A stretch of 7,898 nt of DNA, from positions 1 through 7,898 of the IMG/VR virus record IMGVR_UViG_2802429253_000006; one strand, given 5' to 3'. Made by a program: the position numbers and the translations under genes. The stretch's first letter is position 1. The number at the start of each line of letters is the position of its first letter. Shown piece by piece: positions 1 through 7,309 of this stretch. This DNA comes from a virus (Duplodnaviria; Heunggongvirae; Uroviricota; Caudoviricetes). Under the pieces are notes generated by a model, which was not told where the DNA came from, searched no databases, and saw only the letters and a program-made list of their open reading frames with translations.

Positions 1-397
1 TAAGGCAGTTACCCATTTTGAGGTATCCGCTGTCACCGGGAAAAATCATCGTACCGCCATAAAGGTTGGTAAAGTCCCAGCAAATGTTTGTCCCGTTATC
101 GTTCAGGTTAAGGCGCGCCATTGCGTTCCCTGGGCTGTCTATCCATTTTTTAAGGTATAGTTCGCAATACGCATCCTCAACACCTGCCGTCCTGTGAGTT
201 GAGCGAAGTTTTCGCCCAAATATAGCCCCGCTAGTTGGCAATACCTGCTGATACCATGCAGCAGACCAGTCATTAACGGTTTCATTTTTGCTGTCTACAT
301 ATGATTTTGTTACGTAGCTTCCTTGATCAGTTTTTAGTTTACTAACATCGAATTTTAGCGTTTTGATGTCATCAGGAATTACTGTTTTTGTAACCAT
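1..397 (-). CDS. Hypothetical protein, 5' part only (ORF runs off the left edge of the window); third gene of a minus-strand host operon
   Basis: ATG at complement 395-397, preceded by GGAG (complement of 405-408) with a 7-nt spacer. Hand translation of the minus strand is open to the window edge (MVTKTVIPDDIKTLKFDVSKLKTDQGSYVTKSYVDSKNETVNDW...). Absent from the ORF track only because it is incomplete. No family recognised. Confidence 0.5.
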   Translation of the reverse strand, partial: MVTKTVIPDDIKTLKFDVSKLKTDQGSYVTKSYVDSKNETVNDWSAAWYQQVLPTSGAIFGRKLRSTHRTAGVEDAYCELYLKKWIDSPGNAMARLNLNDNGTNICWDFTNLYGGTMIFPGDSGYLKMGNCL

Positions 398-409
398 TGT
401 CTTACTCCA

Positions 410-679
410 TTAAGCCCATGTCCTTACATGCTGATCTGTCGTAATGAAAGGCATTAAAGAAGATATGTTTTTACTGCTATCAACAATCCTCATGTTTACG
501 AAAAAACCACCGCGATCAATGCCTGTACATCTTTCGTTTTCTGGCTCCTCGTAATCGATAATGCAGCCAATAACATCAACAAGAACCCCGTTTTCTTCTT
601 CAAGACTGAACAGGCCACTGTCATATAAAATTGCGTTAAACTGTTCTCTGTTATCGAACCGTAATGTTATATCCCGCAT
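410..679 (-). CDS. Hypothetical small acidic protein (89 aa), middle gene of host operon
   Basis: ORF-track ORF. Its ATG (complement 677-679) overlaps the TAA stop of the upstream gene as TAATG, with AAGGAA 8 nt upstream, which indicates translational coupling. Only 10 nt separate its stop (410-412) from the RBS of the next gene. Confidence 0.5.
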   Translation of the reverse strand: MRDITLRFDNREQFNAILYDSGLFSLEEENGVLVDVIGCIIDYEEPENERCTGIDRGGFFVNMRIVDSSKNISSLMPFITTDQHVRTWA

Positions 680-1815
680 TATACGTATTCCTTAAGCTGC
701 GTATCTGACAATGCTCTGTTCCAGAAACGGAGATTTTTTATATGACCATTAAGGTGTCGTAATCCTGTCGTCGCTTGCCCCCCGATACGAATCACGGCAG
801 CTTCACGAATATATTTCCATACTGTTTTTGTTTCTGTGCTTATATGCTTATTTGCAAATGAGCATGTCATGCCGTCAGCCTTAACCCTGAATCCCATAAC
901 GAGATCTCTTACTCCGCATGACTCATATACACGTCGGTTAGCCCCGCCTATATCGCAATACGAATAACCGTCCTGACTGATAGTTCCAGAAGAACCAAAC
1001 CCCATAATAAATGGACCTCCGGACTGGTGATTTTCTGAATCAATGACACGCGGTGCAGCATTATGAGAAATAAACCAGTTTTTATGGACTTCCACCATGA
1101 ACGTAAAAGGCATGGTATACATATTTTTCATCAGCGGAAATTTACATAAATCTGATGCACGAGTCGCTGGCTCTGTTGTCGTTATGATGAAGGAAGTTGC
1201 ACAAGCACCGTACTCGAATTGCGGGGTGGTTACTTCTATCCAGTCACCTGTTGCAAAAGACCCCACAGCTCTGTCGGCTGCAATTTGCAGCTGCGTACCA
1301 ACCATTCCCCATTCTGGCAGACATTTCAGTGTTGCCTGAAAATATATCCACCCACTACCAGGGTCGATTTCAAAGTTTGCTGTTAATAGCTGGGCATTAC
1401 CACCCGTAATTTGTAGTTCATGAGTCTGTAATGACAAATAGGCGTCACAAAGAAAAGTGTATCCTTCCGAGTTATACCGTTCAAAACGGATACGTGCGCG
1501 AACATTGAGATCACTTCTTACCCTGAACGACGCGGTAACATACGGACCTTTACTGTACTGATCATCGCCAGTCACATCTATGCCTTTATTACCAGCAACT
1601 GTGCATATATTTCTCCCTGTTGTCGTTCCTGCTATATCGCTTCCTACCGTGAAACGTCCATATTTAAACTCAAATTCATCTGTTGATGATGTTACAGATA
1701 TACCACCGCTTTTATTCCACGCATCAGGATTAAAACTATTTACGAACATGTTTGTTCGCTGATTCTCTATCAGCAAACCATATTTTTCAAAACGAGGAAC
1801 GTTATTCCCTGCCAC
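679..1815 (-). pseudogene. 5'-truncated host gene, apparently disrupted by the prophage insertion; C-terminal LamG/concanavalin-like lectin-type domain, possibly phage tail-fibre-like
   Basis: The ORF-track start is a GTG at 1813-1815 with no Shine-Dalgarno sequence. The same frame stays open for three more codons into the Mu-like end and hits a stop at 1825-1827, so the true N-terminus is missing. The C-terminal motif ...HLNGHIKNLRFWNRALSDTQLKEYV is typical of LamG-type jelly-roll domains. Confidence 0.55.
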
Positions 1816-1820
1816 TGTAT

Positions 1821-1842
1821 TGATTCACGAGAAGTACGAAAA
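1821..1842 (+). other. attL MuA end-binding site L1
   Basis: tgattcacgagaagtacgaaaa matches the 22-bp MuA site consensus as I recall it (TGNTTCAYTNNAARYRCGAAAR) with one mismatch at position 9. It sits 5 bp inside the TG terminus. Confidence 0.7.
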
Positions 1843-1925
1843 AAACCGGGAGGATATTGGATTATTCGGGATTTGACGGGATTAGATTTGGTGGGGCTTG
1901 CAAGCCTGTAGAACAGATTTTAGCC

Positions 1926-1947
1926 GTTAAGCATTGAAACGCGAAAA
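1926..1947 (+). other. attL MuA end-binding site L2 (approximate; orientation uncertain)
   Basis: ...attgaaacgcgaaaa: the right half (AAACGCGAAAA) fits the consensus and the left half is poor. Position relative to the end (about 110-130 bp in) matches Mu L2. Confidence 0.4.
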
Positions 1948-1965
1948 TTTGTTAGAAATGGCTTT

Positions 1966-1987
1966 TGTTTCATTAAACATACGAAAA
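1966..1987 (+). other. attL MuA end-binding site L3
   Basis: tgtttcattaaacatacgaaaa matches the MuA site consensus at all but one defined position. Confidence 0.6.
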
Positions 1988-2155
1988 GCAATTGCTTCAC
2001 GCATTATTTCAATTGCAGCTTCAAAAACGCTTCAAACCCGATAACAACCAGGCTTCTGGCGAATGACGTATATCAAAAACAGCTTTTGTTGTTTCAGTAT
2101 CTTACCCTCTAGGTTACTTGAGGGGAAGTGTGTGTTTTAGCTAGGTTCCTGGTTG

Positions 2156-2746
2156 TTATACGGCTTTTTTTACATCTTGTGGATCCTGCAAAGGAGCTAC
2201 AAGACTCTCCTGTTCATTAATCCCATACTTTGACAAAATCTCTTTGCGTTTCTCTTCAGGTAATGCATCTAGCATCATCAACGTCTGGATACTTTGCTGT
2301 GAAAATCCTATAAAGCTGTAAAGTTTCTGTTCATTAAACACAAGAGGCATTAACGCCAATAGTCCACCTTTGCTTAAGAGTTTCAGTGCCTTACGTGCTT
2401 CATCTGGTTCCAGTTCTTCGATCATATTGATTAAGGTTGTAGTTAATTTGTTTATCAGCTCCGAAGAATCCTGCTGCTCATTAGCTTGAGCAGCAGTGCC
2501 AGGAATAGACAGACCTAGGTGTGCAATAACTTGCTCTCGTTCTTTGGTGGGCATAGACATCACATCGTATTCAACTGCTTTCCCCCCCTTCACACCTTCC
2601 TTTTTTCGCTTTATCCAGCCTTGAACATTTGCCCGATAGTGAACACCAGCAACAGATCCTGGCATACCATCAGCAGCCATAATTTCTTGCGGCGTACACC
2701 AGATCGACTTTTTAGTATCACCATTTTCTATAAAGTCACTTTTCAA
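2156..2746 (-). CDS. c: Mu-type repressor c (Repc), 196 aa
   Basis: The protein (MKSDFIENGDTKKSIWCTPQEIMAADGMPGSVAGVHYRANVQGW...QDPQDVKKAV) is near-identical in length and sequence to the phage Mu repressor as I recall it. The start is TTG (complement 2744-2746) with AAGGA 8 nt upstream. It is transcribed leftward toward attL. Confidence 0.9.
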   Translation of the reverse strand: MKSDFIENGDTKKSIWCTPQEIMAADGMPGSVAGVHYRANVQGWIKRKKEGVKGGKAVEYDVMSMPTKEREQVIAHLGLSIPGTAAQANEQQDSSELINKLTTTLINMIEELEPDEARKALKLLSKGGLLALMPLVFNEQKLYSFIGFSQQSIQTLMMLDALPEEKRKEILSKYGINEQESLVAPLQDPQDVKKAV

Positions 2747-2771
2747 AATTTAAATCCTTATTTTTCAATTA

Positions 2772-2800
2772 ATTATGCAAAACACACCTAACAATACCAA
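2772..2800 (-). promoter_or_regulatory. Candidate repressor promoter Pc (minus strand: -35 TTGGTA = complement of 2795-2800, 17-bp spacer, -10 CATAAT = complement of 2772-2777)
   Basis: Sigma70-like hexamers on the minus strand about 30 nt upstream of the c RBS, back to back with the Pe candidate. Confidence 0.35.
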
Positions 2801-2808
2801 AAAGCAGC

Positions 2809-2837
2809 TTTACAAAAAGCTTTTCAGTATTTATCTT
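2809..2837 (+). promoter_or_regulatory. Candidate early promoter Pe (-35 TTTACA 2809-2814, 17-bp spacer, -10 TATCTT 2832-2837)
   Basis: Sigma70-like hexamers with 17-bp spacing. The predicted start near 2843-2845 is about 1028 bp from the prophage end, matching the Pe start position in Mu as I recall it. The palindrome AAAAGCTTTT lies in the spacer. Confidence 0.45.
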
Positions 2838-2914
2838 TTTGGCAAGTAAACTAAGTTTTTACACTTAGTTAAATTGCTAACTTTATAGATTACAAAACTT
2901 AGGAGGGTTTTTAA

Positions 2915-3142
2915 ATGTGTTCCAGCGAAAAGGTCCGTGATTGGCATCGTGCTGATGTGATTGCGGGACTTAAGAAAAGAAAGCTCTCTTTATCAGCTCT
3001 TTCTCGGCAATTTGGTTATGCGCCAACGACATTAGCTAATGCGCTAGAGCGGCACTGGCCAAAGGGCGAACAGATTATTGCTAACGCCCTTGAAACTAAA
3101 CCAGAAGTCATCTGGCCTAGCCGATATCAAGCAGGTGAATAA
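2915..3142 (+). CDS. ner: Ner DNA-binding transcriptional regulator (negative regulator of early transcription), 75 aa
   Basis: The protein ([51 protein letters not shown]...) matches Mu Ner as I recall it. AGGAGG RBS at 2901-2906. The TAA stop at 3140-3142 is one nucleotide before the A start. Confidence 0.9.
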
Positions 3143-3143
3143 T

Positions 3144-5135
3144 ATGGAACTTTGGGTGTCACCGAAAGAGTGTGCGAATCTTCCAGGCTTGCCGAAAACA
3201 TCAGCTGGTGTGATTTATGTCGCTAAGAAGCAAGGATGGCAAAACCGCACTAGGGCAGGTGTCAAAGGAGGTAAGGCAATTGAATACAATGCTAACTCTT
3301 TACCTGTTGAAGCGAAAGCGGCTTTATTGCTTAGGCAAGGAGAGATTGAAACAAGCCTGGGCCGTTTTGAAATCGCCCGCCCCACGCTGGAAGCCCACGA
3401 TTATGATCGTGAGGTGCTGTGGAGCAAATGGGATAACGCCAGCGATTCCCAGCGCAGACTTGCTGAAAAATGGTTGCCTGCAGTTCAGGCCGCAGACGAA
3501 ATGCTGAACCAGGGTATTTCAACAAAAACGGCTTTTGCGACCGTTGCAGGGCATTACCAGGTCAGTGCATCCACTTTGCGTGACAAGTATTACCAGGTAC
3601 AGAAGTTTGCGAAGCCTGACTGGGCGGCTGCGCTTGTTGATGGACGTGGTGCATCCCGTCGCAACGTTCACAAAAGTGAATTTGACGAGGATGCCTGGCA
3701 GTTTCTGATTGCAGATTATCTGCGACCGGAAAAGCCCGCCTTCCGCAAATGTTATGAGCGTCTGGAACTGGCAGCCCGCGAGCATGGCTGGAGTATTCCC
3801 TCCCGTGCCACGGCCTTTCGCCGGATTCAGCAACTGGACGAGGCAATGGTTGTTGCCTGTCGTGAAGGTGAACATGCACTGATGCATCTGATACCGGCAC
3901 AGCAGCGAACTGTGGAACACCTGGACGCCATGCAGTGGATCAACGGCGACGGTTATCTGCATAACGTCTTTGTACGCTGGTTTAACGGTGATGTGATCCG
4001 TCCGAAAACATGGTTCTGGCAGGATGTGAAAACCCGAAAAATTCTGGGCTGGCGCTGCGATGTGAGCGAGAACATTGATTCAATTCGCCTCTCGTTCATG
4101 GATGTTGTGACTCGCTACGGTATCCCGGAGGATTTTCACATCACCATTGATAACACCCGTGGTGCTGCGAATAAATGGCTGACGGGAGGCGCGCCCAATC
4201 GCTACCGCTTTAAGGTAAAAGAGGACGATCCAAAAGGACTGTTTTTACTGATGGGGGCGAAAATGCACTGGACAAGCGTTGTTGCCGGTAAAGGCTGGGG
4301 CCAGGCAAAACCTGTTGAACGTGCTTTCGGTGTTGGTGGGCTTGAGGAATACGTTGATAAGCATCCGGCACTGGCTGGCGCATATACGGGGCCAAATCCG
4401 CAGGCAAAACCTGATAACTATGGCGACCGCGCTGTTGATGCAGAGCTGTTTCTGAAAACCCTTGCCGAAGGTGTGGCGATGTTCAATGCCAGAACAGGCC
4501 GTGAAACAGAAATGTGCGGGGGCAAACTCTCGTTTGATGATGTTTTCGAGCGTGAATACGCCAGAACGATTGTGCGTAAGCCAACCGAAGAACAAAAACG
4601 GATGCTGTTACTGCCTGCCGAGGCGGTGAACGTTTCACGCAAAGGCGAGTTTACGCTTAAAGTTGGCGGCTCCCTTAAAGGCGCGAAAAACGTTTATTAC
4701 AACATGGCGTTAATGAATGCCGGAGTGAAAAAAGTTGTGGTCAGGTTTGATCCACAGCAGCTACACAGCACGGTTTATTGCTACACCCTGGACGGTCGGT
4801 TTATCTGTGAAGCGGAATGTCTGGCACCAGTTGCATTTAATGATGCTGCGGCAGGCCGTGAGTATCGTCGACGCCAGAAACAACTGAAATCTGCAACTAA
4901 AGCAGCCATTAAGGCGCAGAAGCAAATGGACGCGCTGGAAGTTGCTGAACTGCTGCCGCAGATAGCCGAACCAGCAGCGCCAGAATCAAGGGTTGTTGGT
5001 ATTTTCCGGCCTTCCGGTAACACGGTGCAGGTGAAATACCAGGAACCCGATGATGAATATGAAACTGATCGTGATGAATATCTGAATCACTCGCTGGATA
5101 TTCTGGAACAGAACAGACGTAAAAAAGCCATTTAA
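3144..5135 (+). CDS. A: MuA DDE transposase, 663 aa
   Basis: The N-terminus [32 protein letters not shown]... and the C-terminus ...[10 protein letters not shown] (the Mu transposase tail recognised by ClpX) are both present. From ATG 3144 the catalytic codons fall at the canonical positions: D269 (GAC 3948-3950, in NGDGY), D336 (GAT 4149-4151, in ITIDNT) and E392 (GAA 4317-4319, in PVERAF). The ORF track's start at 3078 is an in-frame extension that overlaps ner. Confidence 0.95.
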
Positions 5136-5173
5136 TTAACGTTTAAACAAAATTTAATTACGAGGTTATTCAG

Positions 5174-6112
5174 ATGAATATTTCTGATATTCGCGCAGGA
5201 CTGCGCACGCTTGTAGAAAGCGAAAAAACAACTTATGCGCAAATCGCCCGCGAATCTGGAGTTGCCGCAGGAACGTTAAGCGCGTTCGTGAATAACAAGT
5301 ACAACGGCGATAATGAGCGTGTTGCGCAGACGCTGGAACGCTGGCTGGAGAACTATCACCGCGCCGCAGAACTGCCAGAACCCCCTCGTTTTGTGGAAAC
5401 CAGAACAGCACGTCAAATCTGGACGAGTATGCGCTTTGCCAGCCTGACTGAAAGTATTTCTGTTATCTGCGGTAATCCAGGTGTGGGAAAAACTGAAGCA
5501 GCCCGCGAATTTCGTCGCACCAATAACAATGTCTGGATGATCACCATTACCCCATCCTGTGCCAGTGTTCTGGAATGCCTGACTGAACTGGCTTATGAAC
5601 TGGGAATGAATGACGCACCGCGCCGTAAGGGGCCACTCTCCCGCGCTTTGCGACGCCGCCTTGAAGGTACGCAGGGGCTGGTCATTATCGACGAAGCTGA
5701 TCATCTTGGCGCTGAGGTTCTGGAAGAACTCCGCCTGTTACAGGAATCCGCCCGTATTGGTCTTGTTCTGATGGGGAATCACCGTGTTTATTCAAACATG
5801 ACCGGTGGTAACAGAACGGTTGAATTTGCCCGCCTGTTTTCCCGTATTGCAAAGCGGACGGCAATTAATAAAACCAAAATTGACGATGTAAAAGCCATTG
5901 CGGATGCCTGGCAAATTACCGGCGAAAACGAGCGGGAATTATTACAGCAGATTGCTCAAAAACCAGGTGCGCTTCGCATCCTGAACCACTCGCTGCGCCT
6001 TGCGGCCATGACCGCCCACGGTAAAGGTGAACGTGTTAATGAAGATTATCTGCGTCAGGCTTTCCGTGAATTAGACCTGGACGTTGATATTTCAACGCTG
6101 CTGCGTAATTAA
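5174..6112 (+). CDS. B: MuB ATP-dependent target-DNA activator (AAA+ ATPase), 312 aa
   Basis: 312 aa with Walker A GNPGVGKT and Walker B LVIIDEAD. The N-terminus MNISDIRAGLRTLVESEKTTYAQIARESGVAAGTLSAFVNNKY contains an HTH and matches Mu B as I recall it. RBS ACGAGG at 5160-5165. Confidence 0.95.
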   Translation: MNISDIRAGLRTLVESEKTTYAQIARESGVAAGTLSAFVNNKYNGDNERVAQTLERWLENYHRAAELPEPPRFVETRTARQIWTSMRFASLTESISVICGNPGVGKTEAAREFRRTNNNVWMITITPSCASVLECLTELAYELGMNDAPRRKGPLSRALRRRLEGTQGLVIIDEADHLGAEVLEELRLLQESARIGLVLMGNHRVYSNMTGGNRTVEFARLFSRIAKRTAINKTKIDDVKAIADAWQITGENERELLQQIAQKPGALRILNHSLRLAAMTAHGKGERVNEDYLRQAFRELDLDVDISTLLRN

Positions 6113-6127
6113 GAAGGAGAAGAAATT

Positions 6128-6355
6128 ATGATGGCCCGAAATATAAAAATGGCAACGGATGCGCAGAACTGGTTACAGGCGCGCGGGAGTCATGTAAATG
6201 AATCATATCTCGGCGTGGCGCGTCCGATTCTTGAAATCACTTACCCACCGGTGGAACTGGTAAAAAGCGCGGTCAGAATTATGGAGCATAAGTCCGGGGT
6301 GGCCCGTTCTGTATGGACGGCCCGTCTTAATGGTTGCCAGATTATCTGGAGATAA
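6128..6355 (+). CDS. kil: Small early protein at the position of Mu kil (75 aa); identity assigned by position only
   Basis: First ORF after B, with RBS AGGAG at 6115-6119 and an 8-nt spacer. Its size and position match Mu kil (about 74 aa). I do not recognise the sequence itself. Confidence 0.5.
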   Translation: MMARNIKMATDAQNWLQARGSHVNESYLGVARPILEITYPPVELVKSAVRIMEHKSGVARSVWTARLNGCQIIWR

Positions 6356-6357
6356 CG

Positions 6358-6588
6358 ATGTGTATTAAAGCTGAAAAATATATTGAATGGGTTAAACACT
6401 GTCAGTGCCACGGGGTGCCGCTGACGACATATAAATGCCCCGGATGTGGTGAACAGATTATGACGCAATGCTCACCCGAAAAGGAAATTCGGGATTCCCT
6501 GACATGTTGTCCGTGGTGCAGCGCGGTTTTCTTTAAGCAGGTAGAAGGCGCGAAGGTAAAGGTCAGCGCAATTATTCAGAATCAATAA
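6358..6588 (+). CDS. Cys-rich small protein, putative zinc ribbon (76 aa from ATG 6358)
   Basis: GGAG at 6348-6351 with a 6-nt spacer to ATG 6358. Cysteine pairs are C-x-C-H (CQCH), C-x2-C (CPGC) and CC-x2-C (CCPWC). The ORF track's start at 6334 is a TTG inside the upstream gene and is less likely. Confidence 0.6.
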   Translation: MCIKAEKYIEWVKHCQCHGVPLTTYKCPGCGEQIMTQCSPEKEIRDSLTCCPWCSAVFFKQVEGAKVKVSAIIQNQ

Positions 6589-6599
6589 GGAGAAACAAA

Positions 6600-6863
6600 A
6601 TGGCAAAAGTCATTATCGAAATCAAAAATGTGACATCTGAAGTTAAAGGGCAGCATTTACGCACCAATGTTAACGTGGACCACAGCGCAGAACTGGATGG
6701 TGATGAGTACACGCTTGCTGGTGCGATAGCGTTACTGGTTCTGGAAAAAAGCCGGGATATCGTTCGCGAGTCAGCCCATGAGGCCATTGAAATACTGAAA
6801 AATGATGGCGTCATTTCGGGTGGCAGTGTCACAGAAGCGACAGTTGAAGGAACACGTCACTGA
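6600..6863 (+). CDS. Hypothetical early-region protein, acidic (87 aa)
   Basis: AAGGAG at 6588-6593 with a 6-nt spacer to ATG 6600. Packed directly after the previous stop in the same orientation. Confidence 0.6.
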   Translation: MAKVIIEIKNVTSEVKGQHLRTNVNVDHSAELDGDEYTLAGAIALLVLEKSRDIVRESAHEAIEILKNDGVISGGSVTEATVEGTRH

Positions 6864-6877
6864 AAGGAACGCTGACA

Positions 6878-7297
6878 ATGAACACCAAAATCAGAAACGA
6901 AATTCAGGCATTAATTCGAATAAAAATGCGTAATAACAATCCAGGAGAATTACGCGAATTTATTTTCACCCGCAAAGTTTATGAGCATGGTGAAACTACT
7001 TATCTGATTACATTTGACCATTACAGCATTTGTGCGCGTTATTGTGGCGAAAACATCTCTAATGCCATCACGTTTGGCGGTGCGTTTAACGAGGATTTAT
7101 GGGAATACGTCATGGACCGCGGATACATCAGCGCGTCAGACCCGGACGCACGGGAGCAGTGGCAGAACATCTGGCGCGATTACCGGCAAATGGCGAAAGG
7201 CTGGACGCAGGGGACGTATTCTTCCCTTGCCCTGAAAGCGGTTCAGTTATCGCTGCGGCATATTCCGGCATCACTGCGTGAACCCCTGTTGTACTGA
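6878..7297 (+). CDS. Hypothetical early-region protein (139 aa)
   Basis: AAGGA at 6864-6868 with a 9-nt spacer to ATG 6878. It is the longest frame here. The overlapping alternative-frame ORFs in the track lack an RBS. Confidence 0.6.
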   Translation: MNTKIRNEIQALIRIKMRNNNPGELREFIFTRKVYEHGETTYLITFDHYSICARYCGENISNAITFGGAFNEDLWEYVMDRGYISASDPDAREQWQNIWRDYRQMAKGWTQGTYSSLALKAVQLSLRHIPASLREPLLY

Positions 7298-7309
7298 GTG
7301 GTGACCGGA

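Larger units (their letters stand above)
2747..2914. promoter_or_regulatory. Early operator/promoter region (divergent Pc and Pe, repressor operators / transposition enhancer, candidate IHF site)
   Basis: 168-bp AT-rich intergenic region between divergent c and ner. It holds a cluster of CTTT(T) motifs in both orientations, a perfect 10-bp palindrome AAAAGCTTTT (2815-2824, contains a HindIII site, and Mu has a HindIII site about 1 kb from its left end), and an IHF-like TTTCAATTAATTA (2764-2776). Confidence 0.65.

Noticed and set aside
1097-1762. Plus-strand ORFs (60-80 aa) inside the host LamG-like gene (1097-1339, 1197-1409, 1580-1762)
   Set aside because: They are antisense to a long, coherent minus-strand frame and have no start signals.
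2105-2135. Short GC stem (CCCTC 2105-2109 / GAGGG 2120-2124) followed by TGTGTGTTTT, downstream of the c gene; considered as a terminator
   Set aside because: The stem is only 5 bp. The T-run is on the plus strand while c is on the minus strand, so it does not fit a c terminator, and as a plus-strand terminator it is weak. Left unannotated.
2519-2791. Plus-strand 90-aa ORF overlapping the 5' end of the repressor gene
   Set aside because: It is antisense to c and crosses the c start and operator region. It is low-complexity and has no RBS.
3078-3143. ORF-track start for the transposase at 3078, giving 685 aa with a 22-aa N-terminal extension overlapping ner
   Set aside because: The extension is an in-frame read-through upstream of the real start. 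ATG 3144 gives the canonical 663-aa MuA with the DDE residues at positions 269, 336 and 392, and ner ends with TAA at 3140-3142.
3217-5023. Several ORFs (64-147 aa) antisense to or in alternative frames of the A gene (3217-3507 +, 3331-3525 -, 3519-3962 -, 3562-3900 -, 4210-4407 -, 4245-4595 -, 4418-4642 -, 4781-5023 -)
   Set aside because: They lie entirely within the confidently identified transposase gene, lack ribosome-binding sites, and are typical shadow ORFs of a GC-balanced coding region.
5132-5140. Motif TTAATTAAC at the A/B junction (5132-5140), repeated at the junction before gam (7594-7602); considered as a shared regulatory element
   Set aside because: Both copies overlap TAA stop codons in AT-rich junctions. 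A short AT-only motif like this is expected by chance and there is no flanking conservation.
5166-5704. Antisense ORFs within B (5166-5411 -, 5276-5704 -)
   Set aside because: Shadow frames of the B gene with no RBS and no recognisable motifs.
6334-6357. TTG start at 6334 for the zinc-ribbon ORF
   Set aside because: It lies inside the upstream coding sequence with no RBS. ATG 6358 has GGAG 6 nt upstream and starts right after the upstream stop.
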